NCBI GenBank assembly: GCA_965200315.1
Contig: OZ241362.1
Span: 1,536,001 to 1,600,000, forward strand
Source of the DNA: Candidatus Latescibacterota bacterium
GTDB lineage: Bacteria > Latescibacterota > UBA2968 > UBA8231
Length of the DNA stretch: 64,000 nt
Reading direction: 5' to 3'
Positions 1 to 9,714 of the stretch are shown piece after piece. The position numbers and the translations under genes were made by a program. Below the pieces are notes generated by a model. It did not search any database and was not told the origin of the DNA. It saw nothing but the letters and a program-made list of their open reading frames with translations. The stretch's first letter is position 1; every line of letters begins with the position of its first letter.

Positions 1-310
1 GCGCCTTGATGTATGCGGGTACTTCCGGGGACTGCGCGGCCTTCGCGATTGACCACAGGGTCAAACCCTCGACCATCGGCACTTGGCCTTCGCGGGCAAT
101 GGCGACAAACCGCTGCTCGGCTTCTTGAGCACCCAACTGCTGCCATAGCTGCAAAATCCGCTGGCGCTGCGGAGCTCTATCGGGCGAGAAGACGTAGAAT
201 ACGCGAGTGTCTTCCGGCAGCTCCTGAATCTGGCTACTACCCGCTCCACCCGCTGCGACCAGCAGCAGGACCAATCCCGTCGTCCATGTTGTTGTTCGTA
301 GTGCGTTCAT
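1..310 (-). CDS. Putative secreted protein, 3' part runs off the window edge
   Basis: Not in the ORF track. Manual translation from ATG at 310 gives MNALRTTTWTTGLVLLLVAAGGAGSSQIQELPEDTRVFYVFSP..., open to position 1, with a signal-peptide-like N-terminus. Same strand as the upstream genes. Confidence 0.7.
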   Translation of the reverse strand, partial: MNALRTTTWTTGLVLLLVAAGGAGSSQIQELPEDTRVFYVFSPDRAPQRQRILQLWQQLGAQEAEQRFVAIAREGQVPMVEGLTLWSIAKAAQSPEVPAYIKA

Positions 311-323
311 ATAGCATCCCAGC

Positions 324-408
324 ATGATTTGAACGATTCGAGCGGTGGCTAGCTTTGTGCCTCCTATTCTGCGTCCATCTGCGTCCATCTGCATCCATCT
401 GCGGATCA
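324..408. repeat. Dispersed intergenic element, copy 1, with tandem ~10-mer CATCTGCGTC units
   Basis: Shares ATGATTTGAACGATTCGAGC (20/20), ATTCTGCGTC and CTGCGGATCA with 50154-50218. Confidence 0.85.
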
Positions 409-429
409 TATAGTCTTGCTATATCGACC

Positions 430-1515
430 TTATTCGGCGCGAATTCCATAGTCCTTTTGCACGGCGTCTTCCCCTTGGAGAATCCTCACCAGCGATAAGT
501 GTTGGCTGAGCACCTGTTCGACTTGCACGACGCCAACCCGGCGTGGCAGGGACTTTCCCAACACCTTGCCGGTATCCGGGTCTTTCAGTTCCCGCCCCTT
601 GTCCCACACGCCGTACTTGTTGCCTTTCTGCACTGAATCGGCTAATCCTACGTTAATATAGGCACTCAACCGCACTAGTACAGATGATTGGCCGTTCTCC
701 CCTGTATCAGCCTGCACGGTATCAGCCACTACCTCGATGATTTTCGGCTCGGAAACCTTGAATGCGGCCGGGGGTTGGATGAGGCTGTCCAGCCCAGCGG
801 CCAAGTGGTCCAGACAGCGGCCTATCGACTTGCCTAGCAGGGTGTTGTGGAACTCCTCGCTGCCCCACTCCATCTGCCCCAAGAGGAAGTACTCCTTTTC
901 CAGCGGCACGAACGCTGCCGGGTTGGTGATCCCATAGCGCTTGCTGTCCTCGGCTACCTCCCGTATCACCTCGCCGGCTGCTTCTCCATCTATGACCTTA
1001 TAGGGATGCAGCCGCACCGTGGTCAGGCCCTGATAGCTGCGATAGCCGCCGATGGGCACGGTGGCGCGGAAGCGCTTCATGCTCATCTCGTCGATCTGCC
1101 CCAAGACGACGTAGTCGGCTTCCACCTCGCGACCAATGGCCAAGGCGCGCTCGACATCGAGCTTGCCCTGCAATTCTTTCTTTTTTAATCGCACGAGAGC
1201 CGAATCAATGGATACGGTGCTAAAAAAGGCACTGCCGCGCAGCGAATCGGCCAGGCCGCGGGGCATGGCCGAGTATATGTCCCACTCGCCCTTGTATTTC
1301 GACTTGTCGCGAAAGGGCATGAAGAGCAGCCGCTGCTTTAGTTCCTCCGAGATGGTGCTGTCGCTGACCACCGAATCCTTTGGAGCTTCCTCCTCTTCCT
1401 TTTGATCGCCCAACCCCATAATCGGCACCACAGCCGCTCCCCCGTCTGTCCCCCAGTACAGAGCAGCCAGCAAAGCAAATCCCCCTCGCAAAAACCACCT
1501 GTGTCTATCGGACAT
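430..1515 (-). CDS. CsgG/TolB-N-like exported protein with FlgT-like C-terminal domain
   Basis: Start reassigned to MSDRHRW (ATG 1515, overlapping the larA stop). Hydrophobic N-terminus, 'ALAIGREVEADYVVLGQI' and C-terminal 'YINVG..DSVQKG...DPDTGKVLG' motifs. Confidence 0.6.
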   Translation of the reverse strand: MSDRHRWFLRGGFALLAALYWGTDGGAAVVPIMGLGDQKEEEEAPKDSVVSDSTISEELKQRLLFMPFRDKSKYKGEWDIYSAMPRGLADSLRGSAFFSTVSIDSALVRLKKKELQGKLDVERALAIGREVEADYVVLGQIDEMSMKRFRATVPIGGYRSYQGLTTVRLHPYKVIDGEAAGEVIREVAEDSKRYGITNPAAFVPLEKEYFLLGQMEWGSEEFHNTLLGKSIGRCLDHLAAGLDSLIQPPAAFKVSEPKIIEVVADTVQADTGENGQSSVLVRLSAYINVGLADSVQKGNKYGVWDKGRELKDPDTGKVLGKSLPRRVGVVQVEQVLSQHLSLVRILQGEDAVQKDYGIRAE

Positions 1516-2789
1516 CAGTGCCCTCCTTTGGTTTGCGTGAGCAGGTAAGGGCCTTGGGGCACGACCGCTAAGCGCGCCCCGGCTCCGTGCCGCTCCAGTG
1601 CCGCGGCTAGCCCGTGCTCCACAGAGGGAATGACCTCGACCCACACCTGGTCGCGGTACTGAGGATCAATGCCCTCGGAGTAGAATAGGACCTCGGCCTT
1701 GTCGAGTACCTTGCACAACTCCTGCAACTGCCATTGGTCGATGGCGAAGAAATCGGGATCCGCGAGGTGGTCCGCGAATTCGGCGGCACCGGATGCGCCG
1801 AGCAGCATCTCCGCGAATTCCGGGCTGCCCAAGCCCTCGGCGCAGCGAGCGGCAATGAGAATCGTCCCACCCTCTTTGACGATGGGCAACACCGCCGTCA
1901 GGCCCTTGACGGCTTGGTAAAATGTCAGGTCGAGCGGCCAACCAGCGCTGCTAGTGATTGCGATGTCAACCGGCTCGTCGACCAAGACGCCGTTTTGCTG
2001 CTCGACGAAGTGGGCCCCTTCGGCATGGGCCTTCTCTAGGTCGCCGCAAAACAGGCCGGTGATTTGTCGCTGATCGTTCATAGCCACATTAAATGTAAAA
2101 TCAACGCCAGCGCGTTGCGCCACTTCGAGGGCTTGGCGGTGGAAGGGATTGCCTTCAATGGAGCCTTCGCACGCCCGGGGGTGGCTCAACAGCTCGGGGC
2201 CGTGCAGGACGCGCATCGTCTCAATACCCATCAAGCCCGGGCAGATGGCCTTGCGGCCGCCCGAGTACCCAGCCATCAAGTGCGGCTCAATAAGCGAGGT
2301 AGCGATTTTTAGGTCGGCCTCCACATAGAGCGCGGCGATCCATATCGGGGCACCGCCCGAGGTTTCCCCCAGATACGTCAGGGTCTCGCGACGGTGGGCG
2401 GTGTGATTGACGATGCGATAGTTGCGGGCGATGTCGGCCCCGACGAGCTGCACCAATTCCTCGCCTTCGTTGGGCCGGTGCAGGCCAGTGCCGACCAACA
2501 GGGTAATATCCTCGCGGGCGATGCCTTCCTCTTCGAGAATCCGCAGCATGGGCGGCAAAATGACGGCGTTGGGGACCGGGCGGGTAATATCGGCAATAAC
2601 TATGCAGGCATTTTTGCGTCCCCGCGCCAGCCGCCGCAAAGACGGAGTCCCTATGGGGCGATCCAGCGCGTGATCGATTTGCTCCTCGATCCGCTCGAGC
2701 CCTTCACTCGGAGCCATCTGCAATACCGCGGCCGAGTCGGGCACTTCGATTTCGAGGCCGTCGCGGCCATAGTCGAGCTTTGCTTTCAT
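1515..2789 (-). CDS. larA: Nickel-pincer-dependent lactate racemase family protein (LarA homologue)
   Basis: Motifs ADITRP, GLHR, EPHLMAGYSGGRK and FYQAVKG. Start reassigned to MKAKLDYG (2789). Confidence 0.9.
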   Translation of the reverse strand: MKAKLDYGRDGLEIEVPDSAAVLQMAPSEGLERIEEQIDHALDRPIGTPSLRRLARGRKNACIVIADITRPVPNAVILPPMLRILEEEGIAREDITLLVGTGLHRPNEGEELVQLVGADIARNYRIVNHTAHRRETLTYLGETSGGAPIWIAALYVEADLKIATSLIEPHLMAGYSGGRKAICPGLMGIETMRVLHGPELLSHPRACEGSIEGNPFHRQALEVAQRAGVDFTFNVAMNDQRQITGLFCGDLEKAHAEGAHFVEQQNGVLVDEPVDIAITSSAGWPLDLTFYQAVKGLTAVLPIVKEGGTILIAARCAEGLGSPEFAEMLLGASGAAEFADHLADPDFFAIDQWQLQELCKVLDKAEVLFYSEGIDPQYRDQVWVEVIPSVEHGLAAALERHGAGARLAVVPQGPYLLTQTKGGH

Positions 2790-2791
2790 TA

Positions 2792-3661
2792 CTAGGCCAA
2801 TTTGTCTTCTAGATACGTGCGAAACGCCGCGCCGAACTCTCGGTCGGCCAAGGCGAAATCCGCGAAGGCCCGATAGTACGTGAGCGGCGTTCCTATATCG
2901 TAGCGCACCTCGTCGCTCGCCAGGCGTGTGCAGCGGACCTCGGCCCCGCGCTGGATCAGCACGCGGATGGCATCGGTCAACCACAACTCGCCGCCAACCC
3001 CAGGCTCAATCTCATCAATGGCGGCGAAAATCTCCGGTGAAAAAATATAGCGGGCCGCAACCGCAAGACAACTCGGCGCGGCTTCCACCGCCGGTTTTTC
3101 AACGATGTCGGCGATGGCAAAGTCGTCGTCGGCCTCGCCTTGCGGTGTGACGACCCCGTACTTGTAGGTCTCCTCGCGCGGCACTTCCCATACAGCAATA
3201 GTAGCGGCCGCACCCCGCTGAACATGCGACTGCATCATCCGGCCGACCACGCCTTGCACCCGCGGCGAGGTGACGATCGTGTCGCCAAACCCCACCACAA
3301 ACGGCTCGTCGCCGACGAATTCCCGCGCTTGGCGCACGGCATCAGCATTGCCGGCTGGTCGCCGCTGCCGAACATAGTAGAACTCAACGCCCGCGGCCGC
3401 GTAGTCAACCTCGCCGATCTCGCTATCGCCCAAGCGCGCCGCAAGCTCTGGATCGTCGTCGAAGTGATCCTCAATTGAGCGCTTCTTGCGACCTGTTACA
3501 AAGAGAAACTTGTCCAATCCCTGCGAGATCATCTCCTCGACCACGTATTGCACGACAGGCTTGCAACCAACGGGCAACATCTCCTTGGGTTGGGACTTGG
3601 TCGCCGGCAGCAGGCGGGTGCCCAAACCGGCTACGGGGAATACGGCTTTGCGAATCGGCAC
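2792..3661 (-). CDS. galU: UTP--glucose-1-phosphate uridylyltransferase
   Basis: KAVFPVAGLGTRLLPATKSQPKEMLP, VEKP and GGELWLTDAI motifs. Confidence 0.9.
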   Translation of the reverse strand: MPIRKAVFPVAGLGTRLLPATKSQPKEMLPVGCKPVVQYVVEEMISQGLDKFLFVTGRKKRSIEDHFDDDPELAARLGDSEIGEVDYAAAGVEFYYVRQRRPAGNADAVRQAREFVGDEPFVVGFGDTIVTSPRVQGVVGRMMQSHVQRGAAATIAVWEVPREETYKYGVVTPQGEADDDFAIADIVEKPAVEAAPSCLAVAARYIFSPEIFAAIDEIEPGVGGELWLTDAIRVLIQRGAEVRCTRLASDEVRYDIGTPLTYYRAFADFALADREFGAAFRTYLEDKLA

Positions 3662-3710
3662 GTTTTCTTTTTATTTTAAGTTTAAGAGAATCAAGGACAT
3701 AACTATAAAA

Positions 3711-3745
3711 TAGCACCTAGTGAAAATAGGAAGCTATAGGTGCTA
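3711..3745. promoter_or_regulatory. Perfect 9-bp inverted repeat in the divergent galU/kinase intergenic region
   Basis: TAGCACCTA (3711-3719), 17-nt spacer, TAGGTGCTA (3737-3745), in an AT-rich spacer region. Confidence 0.45.
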
Positions 3746-3783
3746 AATCAAGCCCGACCTGCCTGCCCCCGCGCCACCACTCC

Positions 3784-4830
3784 ATGTTTGACTTGACCCC
3801 AACTCGCCTGTGCGCCCTCGTGGAAGCGTTTCCCGCGCTACGCCTCGGCGTAGTGGGCGACTTTTTCCTCGACTCCTACCTCGAATGTGACCCGGCCCTC
3901 AACGAAAAGTCGCTGGAGACCCTCAAGACCTGCTATCAGGTGATCGGCTATCGCCGCCAACCCGGGGCCGCCGGCAATGTCGCCGCCAACTTGCGAGCCC
4001 TCGGCGTGGGTGTGGTCGAGGCCGTGGGCTGTTGCGGCGACGACGGCGAAGGCTACGAACTGCGGCGGGCCATGCGTCGGCTGGGCCTAGACTTGACGGG
4101 CTTTCTCACCGTCCCGGGCCGCTTGACCCCGACCTATGGCAAGCCCTGCTACGTCGATAGCAGCCAGCGCGGCCGACCCGTACTCGAGGAACTAGAGCGG
4201 CTCGATGCCAAAAACCGCCGGCCAACCCCTACCAGCCTCCAGAATGACCTCATCGACCACGTCCGCCAGCGCCTGAGCCAGTGGGATGGGCTCGTGCTCA
4301 GCGACCAAGTCGCCGAAGCCAATTGCGGCGTCCTCACTACGCACGTGCGCCGCACCATCGCCGCCGCGCTCAAATCCCACCCCGAACTCGTATCCCTCGC
4401 CGATTCACGCACGCGCATTGGCCTCTTTAAGCGCGCCATCCTCAAACCCAACCAGCGCGAGGCTTGGGCCGCGCTCGGCGGCCAAGGGCGCTTGTCGCTC
4501 AAGTCGGCGCACCACCACGCCCACGTACTAAGCAACCGGACTGGTCGCCCAGTGTTTCTAACGCTTGGCAATCGGGGGATACTCGTAGCCGACGGCAGCG
4601 CGGTCGAGCACGTGCCGGCCGTGTGCCTTGCCGCACCCGTCGACCCAGTCGGTGCCGGCGACACGTGTGCGGCCGCTATCAGCGCGGCCTTGGCGGCCGG
4701 TGCCGGGCTGACGGAAGCGGCGGCTGTAGCCTGCCTGGCAGCGTCTATTACCGCGCAGCAGACCGGCACGACGGGCACGGCCGCGCCCATCGATCTAAGC
4801 CGCCGCTTGCACCAGTTGCGGCGCAGCTAA
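3784..4830 (+). CDS. PfkB-family carbohydrate kinase, RfaE/HldE kinase-domain-like
   Basis: VVGDFFLD, PGAAGNVAANL, LKPNQRE and DPVGAGDT motifs. Confidence 0.85.
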   Translation: MFDLTPTRLCALVEAFPALRLGVVGDFFLDSYLECDPALNEKSLETLKTCYQVIGYRRQPGAAGNVAANLRALGVGVVEAVGCCGDDGEGYELRRAMRRLGLDLTGFLTVPGRLTPTYGKPCYVDSSQRGRPVLEELERLDAKNRRPTPTSLQNDLIDHVRQRLSQWDGLVLSDQVAEANCGVLTTHVRRTIAAALKSHPELVSLADSRTRIGLFKRAILKPNQREAWAALGGQGRLSLKSAHHHAHVLSNRTGRPVFLTLGNRGILVADGSAVEHVPAVCLAAPVDPVGAGDTCAAAISAALAAGAGLTEAAAVACLAASITAQQTGTTGTAAPIDLSRRLHQLRRS

Positions 4831-6665
4831 GATGCGTAGGTCTGCTCGACGACTGTGCGATAGCGCTCGACGATCGCCTTGGGCACGATTTTCTTCAGAC
4901 CCTTGGTTAAAGTCCCGGCGTCCTCGCTCAGCGGCTCGGACAAGAGCGCGACGCGCTGCGGCCGCTGGTAGCCCGGCAGGCCGGCGGCCGTGGCCTCGGC
5001 GAGGAACCCTTGGCGGATCTGCTCTCCCAAGATCGGATGCGTCCGCAAGGCCGCCTCGTCCTCCAACGGCAACCCGTCAATGCCGCTGTTTTTTGCCTCC
5101 TCTACATCCACCGTCACCAACGGCAGGGGGTAGTCGCGCTGCTGGTCGCCGTACACGACCACGTGCTCGACGAGCGGCACCCGGGCGAAAATCCGCTCTA
5201 GGGCTTCGGGATTGACGAACTCGCCGTTACGCAGCTTGAACTGCCGGCCAACCCGCCCGTGGAACGAAAGAAAGCCCTCGTCATCCATGCTGAACAAGTC
5301 GCCGGTCCGATACCAGAGCTGGCCGTCTTCCTCCACTAGCACCTGCTTGGTCTGCTCGGGGGCGTGCAAATACCCGCGCATGACGTTGGGGCCGCTGGTC
5401 CACAGCTCCCCGACCTGATCGCCACTGGGCCGGAATTCGTCCTGTGCTGGATCGTTGTAGCCGATTTCCGCCCCATCTTCGGCCACGATCTTCACTGCCT
5501 GCAACGGCCTTCCCACCGTGCCGCTTTTGCGCCCACCGAGATGGTTGGCGGCAATCAGCGGCGCACACTCGGTCGTGCCGTAGCCCTCGTATGTGGTGAT
5601 GTCGAGCACGTGCTGAAAGAAGTCCAACGCCTTGGGATCGGCTTTGGCCGAGCCGACGATCAAAAGCTCTAGATGAGGCCCGACCCGCGTGGCAAGCTGA
5701 GCGCGAATTTTGCCGATGATTGAACGGCCTATGGCCGCCAAAAAGAGCTTGTCGCCCAGCCTAGCTTGGCCGCACGCCAACCGCTCCTTGGCCACTACCG
5801 AGCGCTGGATCAAGCCCCCCTTGACGCCGCCAGCGTCGATTTCCTTGCGCACATTGCCGTACACTTTGTCGAGTATTAGCGGTACGGTGAGGAAGCCCTC
5901 CGGCTCTGAGAGGCGAATATCGCTAAGGACGCGGCCGGGCGAGCGCGCCAAGTCCAAAATCCATCCTTTGGCCAAGGGATAGTAGATGTTGAGAATTCCC
6001 ATGGAGTGGTAGTCGGGCGCAGACTTGAACATGCGGAGTGGCTCGCGCTTGCTAATCACGTCCCAGACCTCTTCGACGTTGGCGACGATGTTGGCGTGGG
6101 TCTGGATCACGCCCTTGGGCAGGCCGGACGAACCCGAGGTATAGAGAATTTTCGATTCATCTTCCGGCCGCACTTCGACCTCGGGCACGGCCGCACTACT
6201 CTCTGCCAGCTCTCCCCAAGGAATCGCGCCCTCGGCTTCGCCCTCGGTCAACGCAATCCGCGGCGGCTCGTCCAGCCGCTCCCGGACGGTATCAAATCGC
6301 TCGTAGCCCTTGCGATCTACGACCAGCAGTTCAACCGCAGAGTGCGCAATGCTGTGGGCGAGCACCTCGTCAGGCGACTGGATGCACAGCGGTACCGCAC
6401 TGACCCCAATGCAGTCGGTCGCCAGAAAGACCAACAGCGGCTCGCTGCCGCCATCGGTGAGGATGCCCACGCGCTGACCCTTGGCCAAGCCCTGTGCCGC
6501 CAGGCCAGCCGCGAGCCGATCGCGGCGGCTTTTGAGCTCGGCATAGGTCACGGGTTGGTAGCTCAATGCGCGGCTGCCCTCTACGGGCTTGAGCTCTCGA
6601 ACGGCCGTCTGTTCGGCATAGGTTGCGAAGCTATGGTTGAGTAGGTCCCTCAGCGTTTGTCCCAT
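4827..6665 (-). CDS. Long-chain fatty acid--CoA ligase (AMP-binding family)
   Basis: YTSGSSGLPKG, YEGYGTTE and YRTGD motifs. Start reassigned to MGQTLRD. Confidence 0.85.
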   Translation of the reverse strand: MGQTLRDLLNHSFATYAEQTAVRELKPVEGSRALSYQPVTYAELKSRRDRLAAGLAAQGLAKGQRVGILTDGGSEPLLVFLATDCIGVSAVPLCIQSPDEVLAHSIAHSAVELLVVDRKGYERFDTVRERLDEPPRIALTEGEAEGAIPWGELAESSAAVPEVEVRPEDESKILYTSGSSGLPKGVIQTHANIVANVEEVWDVISKREPLRMFKSAPDYHSMGILNIYYPLAKGWILDLARSPGRVLSDIRLSEPEGFLTVPLILDKVYGNVRKEIDAGGVKGGLIQRSVVAKERLACGQARLGDKLFLAAIGRSIIGKIRAQLATRVGPHLELLIVGSAKADPKALDFFQHVLDITTYEGYGTTECAPLIAANHLGGRKSGTVGRPLQAVKIVAEDGAEIGYNDPAQDEFRPSGDQVGELWTSGPNVMRGYLHAPEQTKQVLVEEDGQLWYRTGDLFSMDDEGFLSFHGRVGRQFKLRNGEFVNPEALERIFARVPLVEHVVVYGDQQRDYPLPLVTVDVEEAKNSGIDGLPLEDEAALRTHPILGEQIRQGFLAEATAAGLPGYQRPQRVALLSEPLSEDAGTLTKGLKKIVPKAIVERYRTVVEQTYAS

Positions 6666-6765
6666 CGCAAGCCTCTTTCTGGTGAGTTGTATCGTTGTCG
6701 TTTGCGGCGCACAAAAGGGCCGTCCAGCCATTGCACCCACGGCCTGGCGACCGCATCTTCCCTAG

Positions 6766-8394
6766 ATGAATTCTCGCTGCAACCGCGCCTTGGTCTTGTT
6801 GTTTTTGGCCTGCCCGGCCGCCGCCTCGGCTCAGCCTTCGGTGGCTATGTTCGGCTACTCGCTCAGCATGGGCAGCGTCACCGTGGACCAAGAGCAGCTA
6901 TATCGCCTTAGCCTCCGGCCCGACTTCCCCCTAGGCCGCTTGGGTATTGGCCTCGACTTAGAATTGTTTGTCGAGCGCAATGGCGACCTCGGTCCACGCG
7001 GCTGGGAGGCCGGCTCGTCAACCCAAGTTTTCGACTCGCTCTTGCGCAAGCTCTACTACGTGCGCTATGGCCGCCCCAAAGACGCGGTGTACGTCAAAAT
7101 CGGCGCACTCGACAGCGTGACGCTGGGATACGGCCTCATCATGGACAACTACCGCAATACCCTGCACTATCCAGGTATCAAAAAAACCGGACTCCAGTTC
7201 CGCATCGCCAATCTTGTCGGCACTAATATCGGACTCGAAGGAGCTATCAACAACCTTCAAGATTTCCAAGAGGGCGGCGCACTCATCGGACTACGGGCCT
7301 TTGGCCGCGCCGCCGACATCGAACTAGGCGTGACCTTTGTGGCCGATCTGGACCAGTACAGCGGCCTGCGCGACAGCGATTCCGACGGCGTACCCGACCC
7401 CATTGACGCCTTCCCGCACGACGGCAACGTCGCTCTCGACAACGACAACGACGGCGTACCCGACCACAGCGACAGCGACGACGACAACGACGGCATCATC
7501 GACGCCGACGCCGGCAGCGGCCTCTCCGCCGACATTGCCTCCGCCTTGTTGGGGCTCAACGCCCAGTACGGCAACGTCTTCCCAGTGGACCAAGACGTAG
7601 ATCGCCACAAGCCCTTCAACAGAAACCGCGTGGGCCGCGACTTCTTTTCAATTTGGGGCGTGGATGCGAGCTATCCGCTCATCCACGACCTAGGCCTAGA
7701 GCTCAAGCTCTACGGCCAACTCGCCCTGCTGCTCGACGACGACGATGCCCTCTCCAGCTTCGAGGCACAACAACAGGGCGTCTTCCCCGGCAATCGCCAA
7801 GCGACCGGATTCGGAATCGCCGCCCCGGGCTTGTGGCTGGCCTTAGGCCCGCTCAACGGCCAACTGGATTTCCGCCACTTCCGCCGCGATTTCGACTCGC
7901 GCTACTTCGACGAACTCTACGAACTCGACCGCACTCACCTCGACCTCGCCACCGGACAGGCCCAGTCTAAGGACGCGCGACTCGGCTACAATAACGATCT
8001 CTCCGGCTTCTTCGGTCACTTGGGCACAGAACTCGGCTCGTACGCGTACGCCTCGGTCTCCTATCAGTATTTGACGGGCACTGGCGACCCAAAACAGCAG
8101 CTCATCGCCAGCGCATCCCTGTCGCGCAAACTGCTCAAATATTTTCCTCGCCTCAAGCGTGCGTACGCTTATTTTCACAAGAACAACATCGGCCGGGGCC
8201 TCAACGAGGCCGGCACCGGCCAAGACGGCTTCTTCGATCCTACCAAGGACACCTTCTATGGCTTTGACGTCGGACTGAACATGAAAGAAGGCACCTCCGT
8301 GCGCTGGAATACTCGCTTCGTTTTTGAACGTACCGCCAATCGGCACTTGCAGCGCCACAAAGTCATGACCCTCGAAACCGTATTCGACTTTTAA
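6766..8394 (+). CDS. Putative outer-membrane beta-barrel protein with inserted thrombospondin type-3-like Ca-binding repeats
   Basis: Signal peptide, amphipathic strands and C-terminal Phe. Internal DSDSDGVPD/DNDNDGVPD/DDDNDGIID repeats. Confidence 0.65.
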   Translation: MNSRCNRALVLLFLACPAAASAQPSVAMFGYSLSMGSVTVDQEQLYRLSLRPDFPLGRLGIGLDLELFVERNGDLGPRGWEAGSSTQVFDSLLRKLYYVRYGRPKDAVYVKIGALDSVTLGYGLIMDNYRNTLHYPGIKKTGLQFRIANLVGTNIGLEGAINNLQDFQEGGALIGLRAFGRAADIELGVTFVADLDQYSGLRDSDSDGVPDPIDAFPHDGNVALDNDNDGVPDHSDSDDDNDGIIDADAGSGLSADIASALLGLNAQYGNVFPVDQDVDRHKPFNRNRVGRDFFSIWGVDASYPLIHDLGLELKLYGQLALLLDDDDALSSFEAQQQGVFPGNRQATGFGIAAPGLWLALGPLNGQLDFRHFRRDFDSRYFDELYELDRTHLDLATGQAQSKDARLGYNNDLSGFFGHLGTELGSYAYASVSYQYLTGTGDPKQQLIASASLSRKLLKYFPRLKRAYAYFHKNNIGRGLNEAGTGQDGFFDPTKDTFYGFDVGLNMKEGTSVRWNTRFVFERTANRHLQRHKVMTLETVFDF

Positions 8395-8396
8395 TT

Positions 8397-9509
8397 ATGA
8401 AAATCACGCGCGTATCCGCTCATTATCTGCGCCTGCCCGACGTCACCACTCGCTGCGATGGCACGCAGGACACCTGTCTGATCCAAATAGAAACCGACGC
8501 TGGCATCACCGGCTGGGGCGAGGTTGATTCGGCTCCTACCGTGGTCAAGGCCGTCGTCGAGGCCCCGCTCTCCCACCAGATTAGCAACGGCCTCGCCAAC
8601 GCGCTGGAGGGCCTAGACCCGCTGGCCATCGACGTATGCGGAGAGCGCATGCTCGACGCGGCCAACTACTATGGCCGCGTCGGCGTAGGTACGCATGCCA
8701 TGGCCGGCGTCAACCTCGCGCTGTGGGACATTGCCGGCAAAGCGCGCGGCTGCCCGGCCTACGAGCTGCTCGGCGGCCCCTATCAAACCAAATTCCGCGC
8801 GTACTGCTCCATCCTCTTCGGCGACACCCCGCAAGAGACCGGCGAACTAGCCCGCCGCTTTGCCAACGAGGGGTTCACGGCCATCAAGTTTGGCTGGGGG
8901 CCGATGGGACAGAGCGAGGCAAACGACATCGCCTTGGTGCGCGAAGCGAGGAAGGGGGCTGGGCCGGATGTGGACATCTTGGTGGACGCTGGGCAAGTGT
9001 GGGACTGGAAAACCGGCCTCAAGCGCACCGAGCAGTTCGCCGAGTACGGCATATTCTGGCTCGAAGAACCTTTGCATCCCGAAGATGTCGCCGGCTATGC
9101 GCACCTATGCGAGCGCAGCCCGGTGCCCATCGCCACGGGTGAGGCCGAGTCGCGCTATCAGGACTTTGAGCGGCTGCTCGTCAATGGCCACATTGACTGG
9201 GTTCAACCGGACCCGGGCCGCTGCGGGCTTTCAACCATGGTCGAGGTGGGCCGCCTCGCGCACCGCCTGCATCGCAAGGTAGTCAACCACTCGTTCAAAA
9301 GCGGCATCACCATCGCCGCCTCCCTGCACGGACTTGCGGCAGTTCCCCACGGCAAGGTCTTTGAATACTGCATGGCCGACTCACCCTTGCGCCACGACCT
9401 GACGCACGAAAAATTCACAGTCGTTGATGGCTACGTTCACGTACCGGAGGGACCGGGGTTGGGCGTGACCATCAATAAAGAAGTCGTAGAAAAGTACCTA
9501 GTGAATTAA
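8397..9509 (+). CDS. Mandelate racemase/muconate lactonizing enzyme family (enolase superfamily) protein
   Basis: IETDAGITGWGE, ALWDIAGK, VDAGQ, WLEEP, IATGE and PGLGV motifs. Confidence 0.9.
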   Translation: MKITRVSAHYLRLPDVTTRCDGTQDTCLIQIETDAGITGWGEVDSAPTVVKAVVEAPLSHQISNGLANALEGLDPLAIDVCGERMLDAANYYGRVGVGTHAMAGVNLALWDIAGKARGCPAYELLGGPYQTKFRAYCSILFGDTPQETGELARRFANEGFTAIKFGWGPMGQSEANDIALVREARKGAGPDVDILVDAGQVWDWKTGLKRTEQFAEYGIFWLEEPLHPEDVAGYAHLCERSPVPIATGEAESRYQDFERLLVNGHIDWVQPDPGRCGLSTMVEVGRLAHRLHRKVVNHSFKSGITIAASLHGLAAVPHGKVFEYCMADSPLRHDLTHEKFTVVDGYVHVPEGPGLGVTINKEVVEKYLVN

Positions 9510-9531
9510 CTGACGATCCGCATCCTAAGCG

Positions 9532-9662
9532 GGGCCCTACCCCTTAGCCCCCTTCCGCTGCGGAAGAGGGGAACCGAAGCGGCCCCTACCAAGGCCGCGG
9601 ATACGCGGTTGTATCGACTCCCCCTTCCCTCGCAGGAAAGGGGGCCGGGCGGATAGGGGCCC
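9532..9662. repeat. Inverted pair of GC-rich palindromic REP-like units
   Basis: CCCCTTCCGCTGCGGAAGAGGGG (within 9532-9572) and CCCCCTTCCCTCGCAGGAAAGGGGG (within 9619-9662). The two units with flanks are diverged reverse complements. Confidence 0.75.
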
Positions 9663-9714
9663 AGCCCAAGACCCGCGGAACATTCAGTAAGTTAAACCCA
9701 AAAGGTTCCCCGCC

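Noticed and set aside
367-408. Tandem 10-mers (and the heptamers at 17643) as a CRISPR array
   Set aside because: The units are too short, there are no unique spacers, and there are no cas genes in the window.
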